NCBI GenBank assembly: GCA_030531165.1
Contig: JAUNOI010000002.1
Coordinates: 17,552 to 81,551, forward strand
From: Lachnospiraceae bacterium
Lineage (GTDB): Bacteria > Bacillota > Clostridia > Lachnospirales > Lachnospiraceae
Direction: 5' to 3'
DNA: 64,000 nucleotides
Shown: positions 40,725 through 51,630 of the stretch, in pieces
Numbering within the stretch: position 1 is the first letter of the stretch
Layout of the letters: each line of letters starts with the position of its first letter
Made by a program: the position numbers and the translations under genes
The notes under the pieces: generated by a model
What the model was told of the DNA's origin: nothing
Databases searched by the model: none
Seen by the model: only the letters and a program-made list of their open reading frames with translations

Positions 40725-43700
40725 TTAAATCGTCGCAATATCGATTAATGTTAATTTTTCTTTATGCGAAGTTTCTAAACTTGTTAAAAGTGCATTTGCA
40801 GTATCAATAGACGTCAGACAGGTAACACCCGTTTCGATGGCATTCCGTCTGATCAGGAAACCGTCTTTGCTTTTTCCTACCCCCTGTGAAGGAGTGTCAA
40901 TGATCAGATCGATCTCGTGGCTTAAGATCAAATCTAATAAGTTTGGAGACTCTTCTTCTATCTTATTAATATATTTCGCAGGTATTCCATGATCATTTAA
41001 AACTCTGCATGTATTTTTTGTCGAATAAATTGTATAACCGAGTGCAGTAAAACGCTTGCCAACCTCGATTGCGTCTAATTTGTCAGAATCTTTTACCGTC
41101 ATGATCATTTTCTTATGTTTTGGAAGATCGACACCATTTCCCAAAAATGCTTTATACAGGGCTTCATTATAATCTTTTGAAATACCCAGGCATTCTCCGG
41201 TAGATTTCATTTCCGGTCCTAAGCTAATTTCTGCACCACGAAGCTTCTCAAAAGAAAATACCGGCATCTTAACCGCAAAATATTCAGATTCTTTTTGTAA
41301 TCCCGGTTCATAGCCCAGATCACGGATTTTCGCTCCTACAATGACCTGAGATGCCAGATCCACAATCGGAATTCCCGTAACCTTGCTGATATATGGCACT
41401 GTACGGCTGGAACGAGGATTTACTTCGATTACATAGACCTCATCCTGATAAATAATAAACTGAATATTGATCAATCCAATAACATGCAATGACTTCGCCA
41501 ATTTTCTTGTATAATCCTCAATTACACGTTTTAATTTCTTTGAGATATTCAAAGAAGGATATACTGAAATACTGTCTCCGGAATGAATACCCGCTCTTTC
41601 TATATGCTCCATAATTCCCGGAATCAGAACATCTGTTCCATCACATACAGCATCTACTTCAATCTCTTTTCCCATCAGATATTTGTCAACCAAAATCGGA
41701 TGTTCCTGATGCTGACGGTTAATAATTCCCAAATACTGGACAATGTCCTCATCAGATACAGCAATCTGCATTCCCTGCCCTCCTAATACATAAGAAGGTC
41801 TTACAAGTACAGGATAACCTAAATCGTGCGCAGCTTCAAGTGCTTCTTCTACAGTAAATACTGTCGTTCCTTTTGCCCTTGGAATACAGCACTCCTCTAA
41901 AATCTCATCAAACAATTCCCGATCCTCTGCCGCATCGACATTTTCAGCACTTGTTCCCAAGATTGGAACGCCCATCTTTCTCAGTGCTTCTGTCAATTTA
42001 ATTGCAGTCTGTCCGCCAAACTGAACAACCGCACCATCCGGCCGTTCCAGATCAACGATACTTTCCACATCTTCAGCAGTCAATGGTTCAAAATATAGTT
42101 TATCAGCAATATCAAAGTCTGTCGAAACAGTTTCCGGATTATTATTCACAATAATTGTTTCATATCCCATATCTTTCAGAGCCCACACACTGTGTACAGA
42201 ACAATAATCGAATTCAATTCCCTGTCCGATACGAATCGGTCCGGAGCCAAGTACCATAACTTTCTTTTTGCTTTCATCCGCCTGCACCTCATTCTCTCCA
42301 TCAAAGCAGGAGTAGTAATACGGTGTCTGCGCTGCAAATTCTGCCGCACAAGTATCTACGATCTTATAGGAAGCAGTTATGCCGTATTCTTTTCTGAGTG
42401 CGTGGATTTCTCTTTCCGTTGTTCCTCGGAATCTTGCAATAACACCATCCGGAAATTCCAAACGCTTTGCTTCCGACAACATCTCTTTACTTAATTCGTC
42501 TGCAGAGCGGAGTTTTTGTTCCATTTCAACCAGGATTGCAATTTTATCAAGGAACCAGAGATCAATCTTCGTTACTTCATTGATCTTTTCTAGTGACATA
42601 CCTCTTCGTATGCATTCAGCAATCACATAAATTCTCAAATCATCTACTTTTTCGAGTTCTTTTTTCAGATCTTCATCTGTAAATGTCTTATAAGGACCGT
42701 GGTCTAAGCTGTCCACATTCTGTTCCAATGACCGCAGTGCTTTCATCAGCGCACCTTCAAAGTTTGTACATATACTCATCACTTCTCCGGTTGCTTTCAT
42801 CTGAGTCGTCAATGTTCTCTGCGCCTGAATAAATTTATCGAATGGCAATCGCGGAATTTTTACAACACAGTAGTCTAACATCGGTTCAAAACTTGCATAT
42901 GTTTTACCCGTTACTGCATTTAAGATTTCATCCAGATGATAGCCCAGAGCAATCTTAGCCGTTACTTTTGCAATTGGATATCCAGTTGCCTTTGATGCCA
43001 ATGCAGAAGAACGGCTGACACGCGGATTTACCTCAATGACACAATATTCGAAGGAATCCGGATTTAACGCGTACTGGACGTTGCATCCACCCTCTACATT
43101 TAATTCGGAAATAATTTTTAACGCAGAAGTACGAAGCATCTGATATTCTTTATCTCCTAATGTCTGAGACGGGGCAACAACGATGCTATCGCCTGTATGC
43201 ACGCCGACCGGATCCAGATTTTCCATATTACATACAGTAATGCACGTTCCGTTCGCATCACGCATCACTTCATATTCGATTTCTTTCCATCCGGCAATGC
43301 ATCTCTCTACTAAAACTTCATTTACGCGGCTGAGACGAAGTCCATTCTCAAGAATTGTAATAAATTCTTCTTCATTTGCAGCGATACCGCCACCGCTTCC
43401 TCCTAATGTATATGCAGGGCGAAGAACAACAGGATAACCGATCTTCTCTACAAATTTCAAACCGGCTTCCACATTATTCACCACTTCACTTGGAGCAATC
43501 GGTTCTCCGATCTTCTCCATCGTATCCTTGAACTCCTGTCGGTCCTCTGCTTTTTTGATCGTTTTTGCAGATGTACCGATCAGACGGACTCTCTGTTCTT
43601 TTAAGAATCCGCGTTCTTCAAGTTCCATCGCAATATTTAATGCATTTTGTCCTCCCAAAGTCGGAAGTACGCTATCCGGTTTTTCTTTTAAAATTAATTT

Positions 43701-43925
43701 TTCTACCACTTCAACCGTCAACGGTTCAATATATACTTTGTCAGCAATATTTTTATCCGTCATGATCGTTGCCGGATTCGAATTTACAAGTACAACTTCA
43801 ATTCCTTCTTCTTTCAATGAACGGCAGGCCTGTGTACCCGCATAATCAAACTCTGCTGCCTGTCCGATGACAATTGGACCTGAACCAATGACTAATACTT
43901 TTTTGATATTATTATTTTTTGGCAT
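40725..43925 (-). CDS. carB: Carbamoyl-phosphate synthase large subunit
   Basis: GSGPIVIGQAAEFDY, duplicated ATP-grasp halves, EVNPR, C-terminal MGS domain. Confidence 0.98.
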   Translation of the reverse strand: MPKNNNIKKVLVIGSGPIVIGQAAEFDYAGTQACRSLKEEGIEVVLVNSNPATIMTDKNIADKVYIEPLTVEVVEKLILKEKPDSVLPTLGGQNALNIAMELEERGFLKEQRVRLIGTSAKTIKKAEDRQEFKDTMEKIGEPIAPSEVVNNVEAGLKFVEKIGYPVVLRPAYTLGGSGGGIAANEEEFITILENGLRLSRVNEVLVERCIAGWKEIEYEVMRDANGTCITVCNMENLDPVGVHTGDSIVVAPSQTLGDKEYQMLRTSALKIISELNVEGGCNVQYALNPDSFEYCVIEVNPRVSRSSALASKATGYPIAKVTAKIALGYHLDEILNAVTGKTYASFEPMLDYCVVKIPRLPFDKFIQAQRTLTTQMKATGEVMSICTNFEGALMKALRSLEQNVDSLDHGPYKTFTDEDLKKELEKVDDLRIYVIAECIRRGMSLEKINEVTKIDLWFLDKIAILVEMEQKLRSADELSKEMLSEAKRLEFPDGVIARFRGTTEREIHALRKEYGITASYKIVDTCAAEFAAQTPYYYSCFDGENEVQADESKKKVMVLGSGPIRIGQGIEFDYCSVHSVWALKDMGYETIIVNNNPETVSTDFDIADKLYFEPLTAEDVESIVDLERPDGAVVQFGGQTAIKLTEALRKMGVPILGTSAENVDAAEDRELFDEILEECCIPRAKGTTVFTVEEALEAAHDLGYPVLVRPSYVLGGQGMQIAVSDEDIVQYLGIINRQHQEHPILVDKYLMGKEIEVDAVCDGTDVLIPGIMEHIERAGIHSGDSISVYPSLNISKKLKRVIEDYTRKLAKSLHVIGLINIQFIIYQDEVYVIEVNPRSSRTVPYISKVTGIPIVDLASQVIVGAKIRDLGYEPGLQKESEYFAVKMPVFSFEKLRGAEISLGPEMKSTGECLGISKDYNEALYKAFLGNGVDLPKHKKMIMTVKDSDKLDAIEVGKRFTALGYTIYSTKNTCRVLNDHGIPAKYINKIEEESPNLLDLILSHEIDLIIDTPSQGVGKSKDGFLIRRNAIETGVTCLTSIDTANALLTSLETSHKEKLTLIDIATI

Positions 43926-45010
43926 TATTTCGATACCTCCATCATATTCATAAATTCATCAAATAAAAAGTTAGAATCTACCGGCCCAGGACACGCTTCT
44001 GGGTGAAATTGAACTGTTAATATATTTTTATTTAAATAATGAAGCCCTTCTACCGTTTGATCATTTACATTCAAAAATGCAACTTCTGCAATATCCCGGT
44101 CGATGCTGCCTTCTTTTACCACATAACCATGGTTCTGCGAAGAGATATATACTTTTCCGGTTTTTACATCTTTTACCGGATGATTTCCTCCACGATGTCC
44201 ATATTTCATCTTTTCAGTATCCGCTCCATTGGCAAGCGCCATAAGCTGGTGTCCAAGACAAATAGCGAATATCGGAATATCGGTATTATATAATTTTTTA
44301 AGCTCTTCGATTACTTCAACGCATTCTTTCGGATCCCCAGGTCCATTCGATAACATGATTCCATCCGGATTGGCATTAAGAATCGTTTCAGCTGTTGTAT
44401 ATGCCGGATAAACTGTGACATCACATCCCCTATCTACAAGACACTGCTCAATATTTTTCTTTGTTCCGAGATCTAATAATGCCACTTTATAACCGCTGCC
44501 TTCATAATGTCTCATTTCTTTACAGGTAACCGTTTTCACTGCATCCTTCACGCGATATGCCTTGATCTGTGTTTTTACTTCTTCTATATCAAAATTCTCA
44601 TCTGTCGTCAGCATTCCATTCATAGTTCCCTTTTCACGAAGTATTTTCGTAAGGGCACGCGTATCAATTCCACAAATGCCCGGAACATTCTGATCTTTTA
44701 AAAACGCATCCAGATCTCCTTCTCTTCTAAAATTGCTGGAAAATCTGGAGACTTCCCGAACAATAAATGCAGATGGCCATACTCTGTCGGATTCCATATC
44801 TTCATAACAAATTCCATAATTGCCAATCAGCGGATACGTCATAACAATACCCTGTCCCTGATAGGATGGATCAGTAAGCACCTCTAAATATCCTGTCATG
44901 GAAGTATTAAATACAACTTCACATACCGTTTCTTTTACGGCACCAAAACTTTGTCCTTCAAAAATCTGACCGTCTTCTAAAATCAAAAACGCCTTCATTG
45001 ATTGTGTCAC
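43925..45010 (-). CDS. carA: Carbamoyl-phosphate synthase small subunit (start 45010 GTG or 44998 ATG)
   Basis: TDPSY, LSNGPGDP, ICLGHQ, SQNHG, QFHPEA. Confidence 0.97.
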   Translation of the reverse strand: MTQSMKAFLILEDGQIFEGQSFGAVKETVCEVVFNTSMTGYLEVLTDPSYQGQGIVMTYPLIGNYGICYEDMESDRVWPSAFIVREVSRFSSNFRREGDLDAFLKDQNVPGICGIDTRALTKILREKGTMNGMLTTDENFDIEEVKTQIKAYRVKDAVKTVTCKEMRHYEGSGYKVALLDLGTKKNIEQCLVDRGCDVTVYPAYTTAETILNANPDGIMLSNGPGDPKECVEVIEELKKLYNTDIPIFAICLGHQLMALANGADTEKMKYGHRGGNHPVKDVKTGKVYISSQNHGYVVKEGSIDRDIAEVAFLNVNDQTVEGLHYLNKNILTVQFHPEACPGPVDSNFLFDEFMNMMEVSK

Positions 45011-45076
45011 CTGTCCTTTCTCATAAGTTCGATCTGAAAATATCTTTCAGAAAAAACTATATATCTAAATTTGGGC

Positions 45077-45228
45077 AAAAAAAAAGAGGCACCAATAATA
45101 AGGAATAGTAATCTATACGTTATCCCTGTTCCGCAAAACAATAAAATAACGCTATAATCCTTACGAGCTCTCTTGATTCTTTCTCTTCAAATTGCAACAA
45201 TTCTAACACAATTGAAATAAAAATACAA
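45077..45228 (-). promoter_or_regulatory. carA promoter and structured attenuator-like leader
   Basis: TTGTAT-17-TAGAAT; long imperfect hairpin ending GCCTC-T9; degenerate PyrR-like loop. Confidence 0.55.
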
Positions 45229-45300
45229 GCCTTTTTTAAAATTTCATCAAACACTTAATAAAATAAAGTAAAAAGGAGGATTTTTGCAATTTTTCCTCCT

Positions 45301-45942
45301 CTATCTTTCATTCTTTTGTCTTTCTCGTTCCAGCTTCGAGTAAATGCAGCCACAATAGTCCTGCCGATATAATCCAAATTGTTCTGACAACTCAATGGAA
45401 CGTTTGTAACCATTTTTCTTTTTAAAATCTGATGGAAGATGGGAAACTCCATATTCTTTTGCAAGTCGCTCTCCAATCTCATTGATCCAATCTGCATTTT
45501 TATATGGACTGATCGATAATGTCGTCGTAAAATAGTCTGCTCCCATCTGAACAGCCACCTTTGCCGCCTCTCTCATCCGCAGTTCATAACAATGATAACA
45601 GCGCTCTCCTCGTTCCGGCAAATCTTCCATTCCTTTTGCCATTGCATAAAACACCTTCGGATCATAACTTCCCTCTAAAAAAGCTACTTTATTTTGATAG
45701 TTTTTCTCATTCTCCTGAATCAGCCGTTTCATCTCGCGAACCCGATTCGCATATTCCGATTCCGGAAATATATTCGGATTATAATAAAATACAATAATCT
45801 CAAAATATTGTGATAAATATTCCAATACATAGCTGCTGCATGGAGCACAACAGCTGTGCAAAAACAGCTTTGGGCATTTGCCCTTATCTTCCTGCATCCT
45901 TATCACCTGATCTAATTCTTTTTGATAATTCCTCTTATTCAT
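45301..45942 (-). CDS. queH: Epoxyqueuosine reductase QueH (DUF208)
   Basis: LHSCCAPCS, YYNPNI.P..EY..R, RCYHCY, TTL.ISP.K, YRQDYCGC. Confidence 0.92.
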   Translation of the reverse strand: MNKRNYQKELDQVIRMQEDKGKCPKLFLHSCCAPCSSYVLEYLSQYFEIIVFYYNPNIFPESEYANRVREMKRLIQENEKNYQNKVAFLEGSYDPKVFYAMAKGMEDLPERGERCYHCYELRMREAAKVAVQMGADYFTTTLSISPYKNADWINEIGERLAKEYGVSHLPSDFKKKNGYKRSIELSEQFGLYRQDYCGCIYSKLERERQKNER

Positions 45943-46948
45943 CTCCTGATGCTAATGGGAGAGCCTCCCATATCTCCTCTTCTATTCTCGTTCGATAGTC
46001 GTCTTTATATTTCTCGCGATAGATTTTAATAATCTCCTCTTCTTTCGCCTTACGAATTGCCCGCTCCCATGCTTCCCGGCACTTTTCCTGATCATCTCTG
46101 TGAACCATTTGAACAATGAAATATCCCTGGGAAGTTGTAATAACGTCACTGACCTCCCCATCTTTCATGTGCTTAAATTGATTCCACTTAGCAATATCGG
46201 CTTCTTTTCCGGATGTCTGAAATGTCTGCTCTGTATTATAATCTAATCGATACTCTTTCGCAACTTTATCAAGCGACTTTCCGTTTTTTATCTGGTCTAA
46301 TGCCTCATTTGCTTTCTTTTTAACACGTTCCTTTTCTTCTTTATTCATCTCCATCTGATTGCCATTCGCATCCGTCTTCGCCGTTGAAAACAATATCAAA
46401 TGAAGCGTCATCATATTGTAATCGCTTTGCTTATACTTTTCTTCGATCCCATCGATATAATCCGCGCAAAATTTCGATACCAATTGAATATCCTCATAAT
46501 GTTCTGACAGCTTATCTACCGTAATTCCATATTCAATCACTTCTTCATTCGAAAATTCCCGTATTGTCTCTTCTGCCCGATTCCTGCAATATTTCTTTTC
46601 TTTTTTAGTCAATGCTATATGCTTCTCTTCTGCTTCTTGTCTTAGTGCCTTCTCGACTTCCAGCTCTTCCGCGATATCGCTTTTCAGATCATCCTCATAA
46701 GTAATTGCCAGACCATTTTTATCCGTTCCCGTTCTCGCATTCCACATACTGGTTCCCCATTTACCTTCAATCATATTGCGCCACAACATGAAATGGATCA
46801 TCACTTCTGACACATTAATCTCCTGATTCCCGACTTTCATCACAATTGTATCCGCATTATAAGATACTTCACTTTTATCGAGCACAGAGTTCGCCCAGAT
46901 AGCAGCTGATAGAAAGACACTCAGTCCAATGACAATATACTTTCGCAT
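45935..46948 (-). CDS. Secreted PrsA/SurA-like parvulin PPIase or foldase
   Basis: N-terminal signal/TM; HLILF, VAKEY, GEVSDVI.T..GYFIV parvulin-like motifs; GGAGG SD. Confidence 0.7.
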   Translation of the reverse strand: MRKYIVIGLSVFLSAAIWANSVLDKSEVSYNADTIVMKVGNQEINVSEVMIHFMLWRNMIEGKWGTSMWNARTGTDKNGLAITYEDDLKSDIAEELEVEKALRQEAEEKHIALTKKEKKYCRNRAEETIREFSNEEVIEYGITVDKLSEHYEDIQLVSKFCADYIDGIEEKYKQSDYNMMTLHLILFSTAKTDANGNQMEMNKEEKERVKKKANEALDQIKNGKSLDKVAKEYRLDYNTEQTFQTSGKEADIAKWNQFKHMKDGEVSDVITTSQGYFIVQMVHRDDQEKCREAWERAIRKAKEEEIIKIYREKYKDDYRTRIEEEIWEALPLASGDE

Positions 46949-47139
46949 AACATCCTCCAAAGAAAAACAGAACATATAAATTCGCATTGAAATTCTAAAT
47001 ACTTCTTTATAACTATAGCATAATCTACACATATTTTGACAAAATTTATAAATAATTTATATACTTTTCATAACTGTCATCTCTCACGATTTCCCTTTTT
47101 TCTCATATTCTAATTAAAACAGTTTTTGTGAGGAAAACC

Positions 47140-48393
47140 ATGAAAATTACACAAACAAACATGGTTGATACCGGACAGTTACAAGTTCGCGTCACCTCAA
47201 GCATCGGATTTCTCCCTATTGAAAATGCAAATATTGAAATTTCTTATACCGGTGATCCCAATTCTGTCATCGAAAAGTTGTCAACAAATGAAAATGGAAT
47301 ATCAGAAACCATAGATCTTGCTACCCCTCCTTTAGAATATTCTATGGCACCAAGTGAAAATCAGCCTTACTCTGAATATACCATTAAAGTTTCCGCCCCT
47401 GATTATAATACACTTACAATTACCGGTGCTGAACTGATGGCAACCATAACTTCCATTCAAAATGTAAATCTCACTCCGCTCCTGGCGCAGGAAAATCCAG
47501 TCGACGTCTTAACGATCGGCCCTCACACCCTATTCGGCAATTATCCTCCTAAAATCGCTGAATCAGAAATAAAACCACTGGATGAAAGCGGCGAAATCGT
47601 TCTCAGCCGTGTTGTAATTCCGGAATATATTATCGTACATGATGGCTCTGTGACTGACACAACTGCCTCAAACTATTATGTGAAATATAAAGACTATATT
47701 AAAAATGTTGCATCCTGTGAAATTTACTCAACCTGGCCTCGATCCACCATTGAGGCAAACGTTCTCGCCATTATGTCCTTCACCTTAAATCGCGTTTATA
47801 CAGAATGGTATCGCAATAAGGGGTATGACTTTACCATCACCTCTTCGACCGCTTTTGACCATAAATGGATCAAAGGGAAAAACACATTTGATACGATCAA
47901 TGAAGTTGTTGACGAAATATTTACAAATTATCTGTCACGTCCAAATATTTCTCAGCCAATTTTAACTCAGTATTGCGACGGAAAGAGAGTGTCGTGTCCA
48001 AACTGGATGACACAATGGGGATCAAAATATTTAGGCGATCAGGGGTACTCTCCAATTGAAATACTGCGATACTATTATGGAGATGACATGTATATCAATA
48101 TCGCAGAAGAGGTCTCCGGTATTCCTGCTTCCTGGCCGGGAAGTAACCTCACAATTGGTTCATCCGGAGATAAAGTTCGCCAAATGCAGTCACAGCTTAA
48201 CCGCATCGCCCAGGCATATCCGTCCATTCCTGTCGTTGCAGTCGACGGAAGATATGGTAATAATACTGCGGCTGCTGTGCGGCAATTTCAGAGCGTATTC
48301 GGACTTCCTGCAACCGGTGTCGTTGATTATCCTACCTGGTATAAAATCAGCGAAATTTATGTTGCAGTGAGCCGGATTGCCGAATTGCAATAA
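47140..48393 (+). CDS. sleC: SleC-like spore cortex-lytic enzyme (SpoIID/LytB domain + PG-binding domain)
   Basis: IPEYIIVHDG, YIKNVASCEIYSTWP, LNRVYTEWY, QYCDG, QWGS; C-terminal DG.YG..T..AV..FQ..FGL. Confidence 0.8.
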   Translation: MKITQTNMVDTGQLQVRVTSSIGFLPIENANIEISYTGDPNSVIEKLSTNENGISETIDLATPPLEYSMAPSENQPYSEYTIKVSAPDYNTLTITGAELMATITSIQNVNLTPLLAQENPVDVLTIGPHTLFGNYPPKIAESEIKPLDESGEIVLSRVVIPEYIIVHDGSVTDTTASNYYVKYKDYIKNVASCEIYSTWPRSTIEANVLAIMSFTLNRVYTEWYRNKGYDFTITSSTAFDHKWIKGKNTFDTINEVVDEIFTNYLSRPNISQPILTQYCDGKRVSCPNWMTQWGSKYLGDQGYSPIEILRYYYGDDMYINIAEEVSGIPASWPGSNLTIGSSGDKVRQMQSQLNRIAQAYPSIPVVAVDGRYGNNTAAAVRQFQSVFGLPATGVVDYPTWYKISEIYVAVSRIAELQ

Positions 48394-48406
48394 ATCAACA
48401 TACAAC

Positions 48407-48444
48407 ATGAGGCTGTTACACAAAATTTAGTGCAGCAGCCTCAT
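48407..48444. terminator. Terminator between convergent sleC and folA
   Basis: ATGAGGCTG...CAGCCTCAT. Confidence 0.7.
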
Positions 48445-48446
48445 CA

Positions 48447-48935
48447 CTATCTTTTCTTATACACTCGAAATGTATATTCAATATCAAAAAATGTCTGTTC
48501 TTCACTTTCTTCTGCTAAATACCAGTCCTCCATCTTGTCAAGATTCGGAAAAAAAGTATCCGCATCATAAGCATAGTCTAACTTCGTTACGTATGCCGTA
48601 TCGCAGTATGGCAACATCATCTTATAGATGCTCTCTCCGCCGATAATAAAAATTTCATCCGTATTGTATTCTTCTAATTCGCTCAACAACTCATCTTGAT
48701 TACCGACTACAACTGCACCATGTGCATTATAGTCTTTATTTTTGGTTAATACGATATTCGTTCGTTTTGGTAACGGCATCTTATTTGGAAAACTTTCCAA
48801 AGTCTTTCTTCCCATAACGACGACATGTCCCGTTGTCATCTCTCTGAAGAACTTCATATCACTGGGAATATGTACAAGCAATTCATTGCCCTTTCCTATC
48901 CCCCAATTTTTATCAGCATTTACAATTAATCTCAT
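48447..48935 (-). CDS. folA: Dihydrofolate reductase
   Basis: D...F, VVMGRKT.ES, PLP.R.NIVL, FIIGG..IY, DTFFP. Confidence 0.95.
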   Translation of the reverse strand: MRLIVNADKNWGIGKGNELLVHIPSDMKFFREMTTGHVVVMGRKTLESFPNKMPLPKRTNIVLTKNKDYNAHGAVVVGNQDELLSELEEYNTDEIFIIGGESIYKMMLPYCDTAYVTKLDYAYDADTFFPNLDKMEDWYLAEESEEQTFFDIEYTFRVYKKR

Positions 48936-48947
48936 CTGATCCTCCTG

Positions 48948-49796
48948 TTAAATTGCAATTGGAATATTGCTTACCTGCGGTCCTGTTTGATAATTTTCAA
49001 TCCGAAAATCATCCAACGTGAATTCATAAAAATCTTTTACTTCCGGATTTATCCAGAATTTTGGAGCAGGATAAGTCGGACGCGAGATCAGTTCTTTAAT
49101 GATCGGAATATGTCTGTCATAAATATGTGCATCTGCAATTACGTGCACGAATTCACCCGCCTCCATATCACACACCTGAGCAATCATCATTAACAGGACC
49201 GAATACTGCACAACATTCCAGTTATTCGCTGTAAGAATATCCTGTGAACGCTGATTCAATATGGCATTCAGTGTTAACTTTTCGTGTCCTGGTTTTTTAG
49301 TAACATTAAAGGTCATACTATATGCGCATGGATATAAATTCATCTCATGCAGATCCTGATGTACATATATATTCGTCATAATCCTCCGGCTATATGGATT
49401 GTGTTTTAAATCATATAACACACGATCTACCTGATCCATTTCGCCTTCTTTATAGTGGTGTTTCACTCCTAACTGATATCCATAAGCTTTTCCAATCGAT
49501 CCGTTTTCATCCGCCCACTCGTCCCAGATATGACTTCTCAAATCATGGACATTATTCGACTTTTTCTGCCATATCCATAGAATCTCATCTATGGCAGATT
49601 TGATATAGGTCTTTCTCAATGTTAATGCCGGAAATTCCTTGCTAAGATCATAGCGGTTTATAACGCCAAACTGCTTAATTGTATACGCAAAGGTGCCGTC
49701 TTCCCATTTTGGACGAACTTTTTCACCCTCGGTACTATATCCATTTTCAATAATATCTTTACACATTTGAATAAATAATGTATCTGCGTAACTCAT
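48948..49796 (-). CDS. thyA: Thymidylate synthase
   Basis: IWDEWAD, G.AYG.Q, SRR, M.L.PC, QRS.D, HIYDRH. Confidence 0.95.
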   Translation of the reverse strand: MSYADTLFIQMCKDIIENGYSTEGEKVRPKWEDGTFAYTIKQFGVINRYDLSKEFPALTLRKTYIKSAIDEILWIWQKKSNNVHDLRSHIWDEWADENGSIGKAYGYQLGVKHHYKEGEMDQVDRVLYDLKHNPYSRRIMTNIYVHQDLHEMNLYPCAYSMTFNVTKKPGHEKLTLNAILNQRSQDILTANNWNVVQYSVLLMMIAQVCDMEAGEFVHVIADAHIYDRHIPIIKELISRPTYPAPKFWINPEVKDFYEFTLDDFRIENYQTGPQVSNIPIAI

Positions 49797-49804
49797 AATT
49801 CTCC

Positions 49805-50926
49805 TCATCTGTTTTTTTTATCAAGCTCATGAAGCATGGTAAATCGATTTTTAAAACGATTGATGATTGCATCAAATGCTCCCCGTTTATACAAATTAGT
49901 AAAAAAGATGCCAAATATTAATGCAAAAATAAATCCTGAGATTCCTTTTAACTTTAAACCGGCGTACATTAGGATCAGCGTGAATAACGAATTCAGCTGC
50001 AAGCGGTCGCCGAGCATCTTCGGCTGCATAATTTGTTTAAATACCAGACAAATGCCATAGAGAATGAGCATTCCAACACAAGTCTTTCCCATGCCGGTTG
50101 CTCCCAGGTAGAGTGCCCATGGAATCAAGGCCGTACCTGTGCCAAGAAATGGTAGCATATCCAGAAGCGATACTAAAAATGCAAATAAAAATGCATATGG
50201 AATCTTTAAAATCATAAAACCGATCCATAAAATTGCAGCAATGATAACCATCAATTTCAGCTGGACAATACAATAATCTCCAATGACACCCAATGTATTT
50301 TTATAAAAAATTGTAATCTTATCCTTCATAAATTCTGGAACAATCTTCCGATAAGCATCGATAATCTGCTCCCTGTCCCGAATAAATAAATATGATGCAA
50401 TGAGCATCACAATCATTCCGATCAGACTATTCGTCAACCCCTTTGCAATCGTCCCTGCATGACTGACTCCATAGGAACCAACATTACTGGCAATGGCTTC
50501 TACAAAGGAATTGGCCGAACTTAAAATTCGTTGTATTCCCTTGTTCAAAACATCTCCAAGATAATGTCCGGAAAAATGCGATTCCAGGCTCTGTACCTGT
50601 GCAAAAAGCTTTTGATATATGGATGGCAGATTCATCGCCCAGTCCATAGCCTGTGTGCCAAGTACATAAATAAGTAAAAATATAATACCCGTTATAATCA
50701 AGATCGAAAGCATCACAATAAAAAAGGAGCCCCATTTTCTGGACACTTTACACTTTTTCTCCAGAAAACTGCATAACGGTGCCGCCAATAAAGAGATGAT
50801 CCAACCGACTACAAAAGGCCAGAAAAATTTTAACAATACAGGAAGACCGCAGATCAACAAAAATACACCCGCACCTAAAAAGAAAATTTCAAATACAAAC
50901 TCAAGATATATTTCCCACCGTTTCAA
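49805..50926 (-). CDS. ytvI: Sporulation integral membrane protein YtvI (AI-2E family)
   Basis: Multi-TM; LD.LPFLGTG..LIPW, Q..QPK..G motifs. Confidence 0.8.
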   Translation of the reverse strand: MKRWEIYLEFVFEIFFLGAGVFLLICGLPVLLKFFWPFVVGWIISLLAAPLCSFLEKKCKVSRKWGSFFIVMLSILIITGIIFLLIYVLGTQAMDWAMNLPSIYQKLFAQVQSLESHFSGHYLGDVLNKGIQRILSSANSFVEAIASNVGSYGVSHAGTIAKGLTNSLIGMIVMLIASYLFIRDREQIIDAYRKIVPEFMKDKITIFYKNTLGVIGDYCIVQLKLMVIIAAILWIGFMILKIPYAFLFAFLVSLLDMLPFLGTGTALIPWALYLGATGMGKTCVGMLILYGICLVFKQIMQPKMLGDRLQLNSLFTLILMYAGLKLKGISGFIFALIFGIFFTNLYKRGAFDAIINRFKNRFTMLHELDKKNR

Positions 50927-50934
50927 TTCATCAT

Positions 50935-51630
50935 CTACTTTCTGCTATGCGCAATTTCTATCTCCTGATTCACCGGATCATAATACAGAACCTGATTGGA
51001 TAAAAACTCTTCGGATGACACAACAGTATGATTCGCCTGCCATACCATCTCATATAGATCATCTAAATCAAGAACTTCTTGTTCACCAATCAACAGCACT
51101 TCATGAATGCTGGATGGAAGGATGTAAATTCCCTGTCCGGATATTCCACGAAATCTCTCCCATACATCCCGATAAAAGATAACGGATGCTCCATTAATGC
51201 CGATACGATTTGTCATAACATATAACGGAAGATCAGGACCTCCGAGATCCACCCATTGATTAATCATTTCTAATATTCTGCACCACTTGATAGGAAATAA
51301 TTCAGGTGTATTCCTGATCGCTTCCTCGATGATATCCCTCTCGTTTACATTCCAATATTCCAAATGCTTTTTCTCGATCAATGCAGAAGATATTCCGTCC
51401 TCATCTTCATGAAACAACCAACGAAAGGTAATTGCCATATCAAAAAATAGAATGTGCGGGCTTCGTTCTAATATCTCTTCATTGCCTTTTACCGCTATCA
51501 GTCGATAAAAAATTCTAGGCCGGATATGATTATAATCCAATAAACCATCCGTAAACGCTTCTCCTGCTCTCCCATCACGCTTTGATCGTTCTTCATGTTC
51601 TACGAGTTTCTTAAATTCTTCATACGTCAT
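50935..51630 (-). CDS. DUF5688-like protein
   Basis: LYVMTN...NGAS.I, YILPSSIHEVL, MV...N, LS..V.YYD motifs; AGGAGG SD. Confidence 0.7.
   Translation of the reverse strand: MTYEEFKKLVEHEERSKRDGRAGEAFTDGLLDYNHIRPRIFYRLIAVKGNEEILERSPHILFFDMAITFRWLFHEDEDGISSALIEKKHLEYWNVNERDIIEEAIRNTPELFPIKWCRILEMINQWVDLGGPDLPLYVMTNRIGINGASVIFYRDVWERFRGISGQGIYILPSSIHEVLLIGEQEVLDLDDLYEMVWQANHTVVSSEEFLSNQVLYYDPVNQEIEIAHSRK

Noticed and set aside
48948-49796. thyA of the B. subtilis ThyA/phage-like type as evidence of a prophage
   Set aside because: Paired with folA in ordinary chromosomal context with no phage genes
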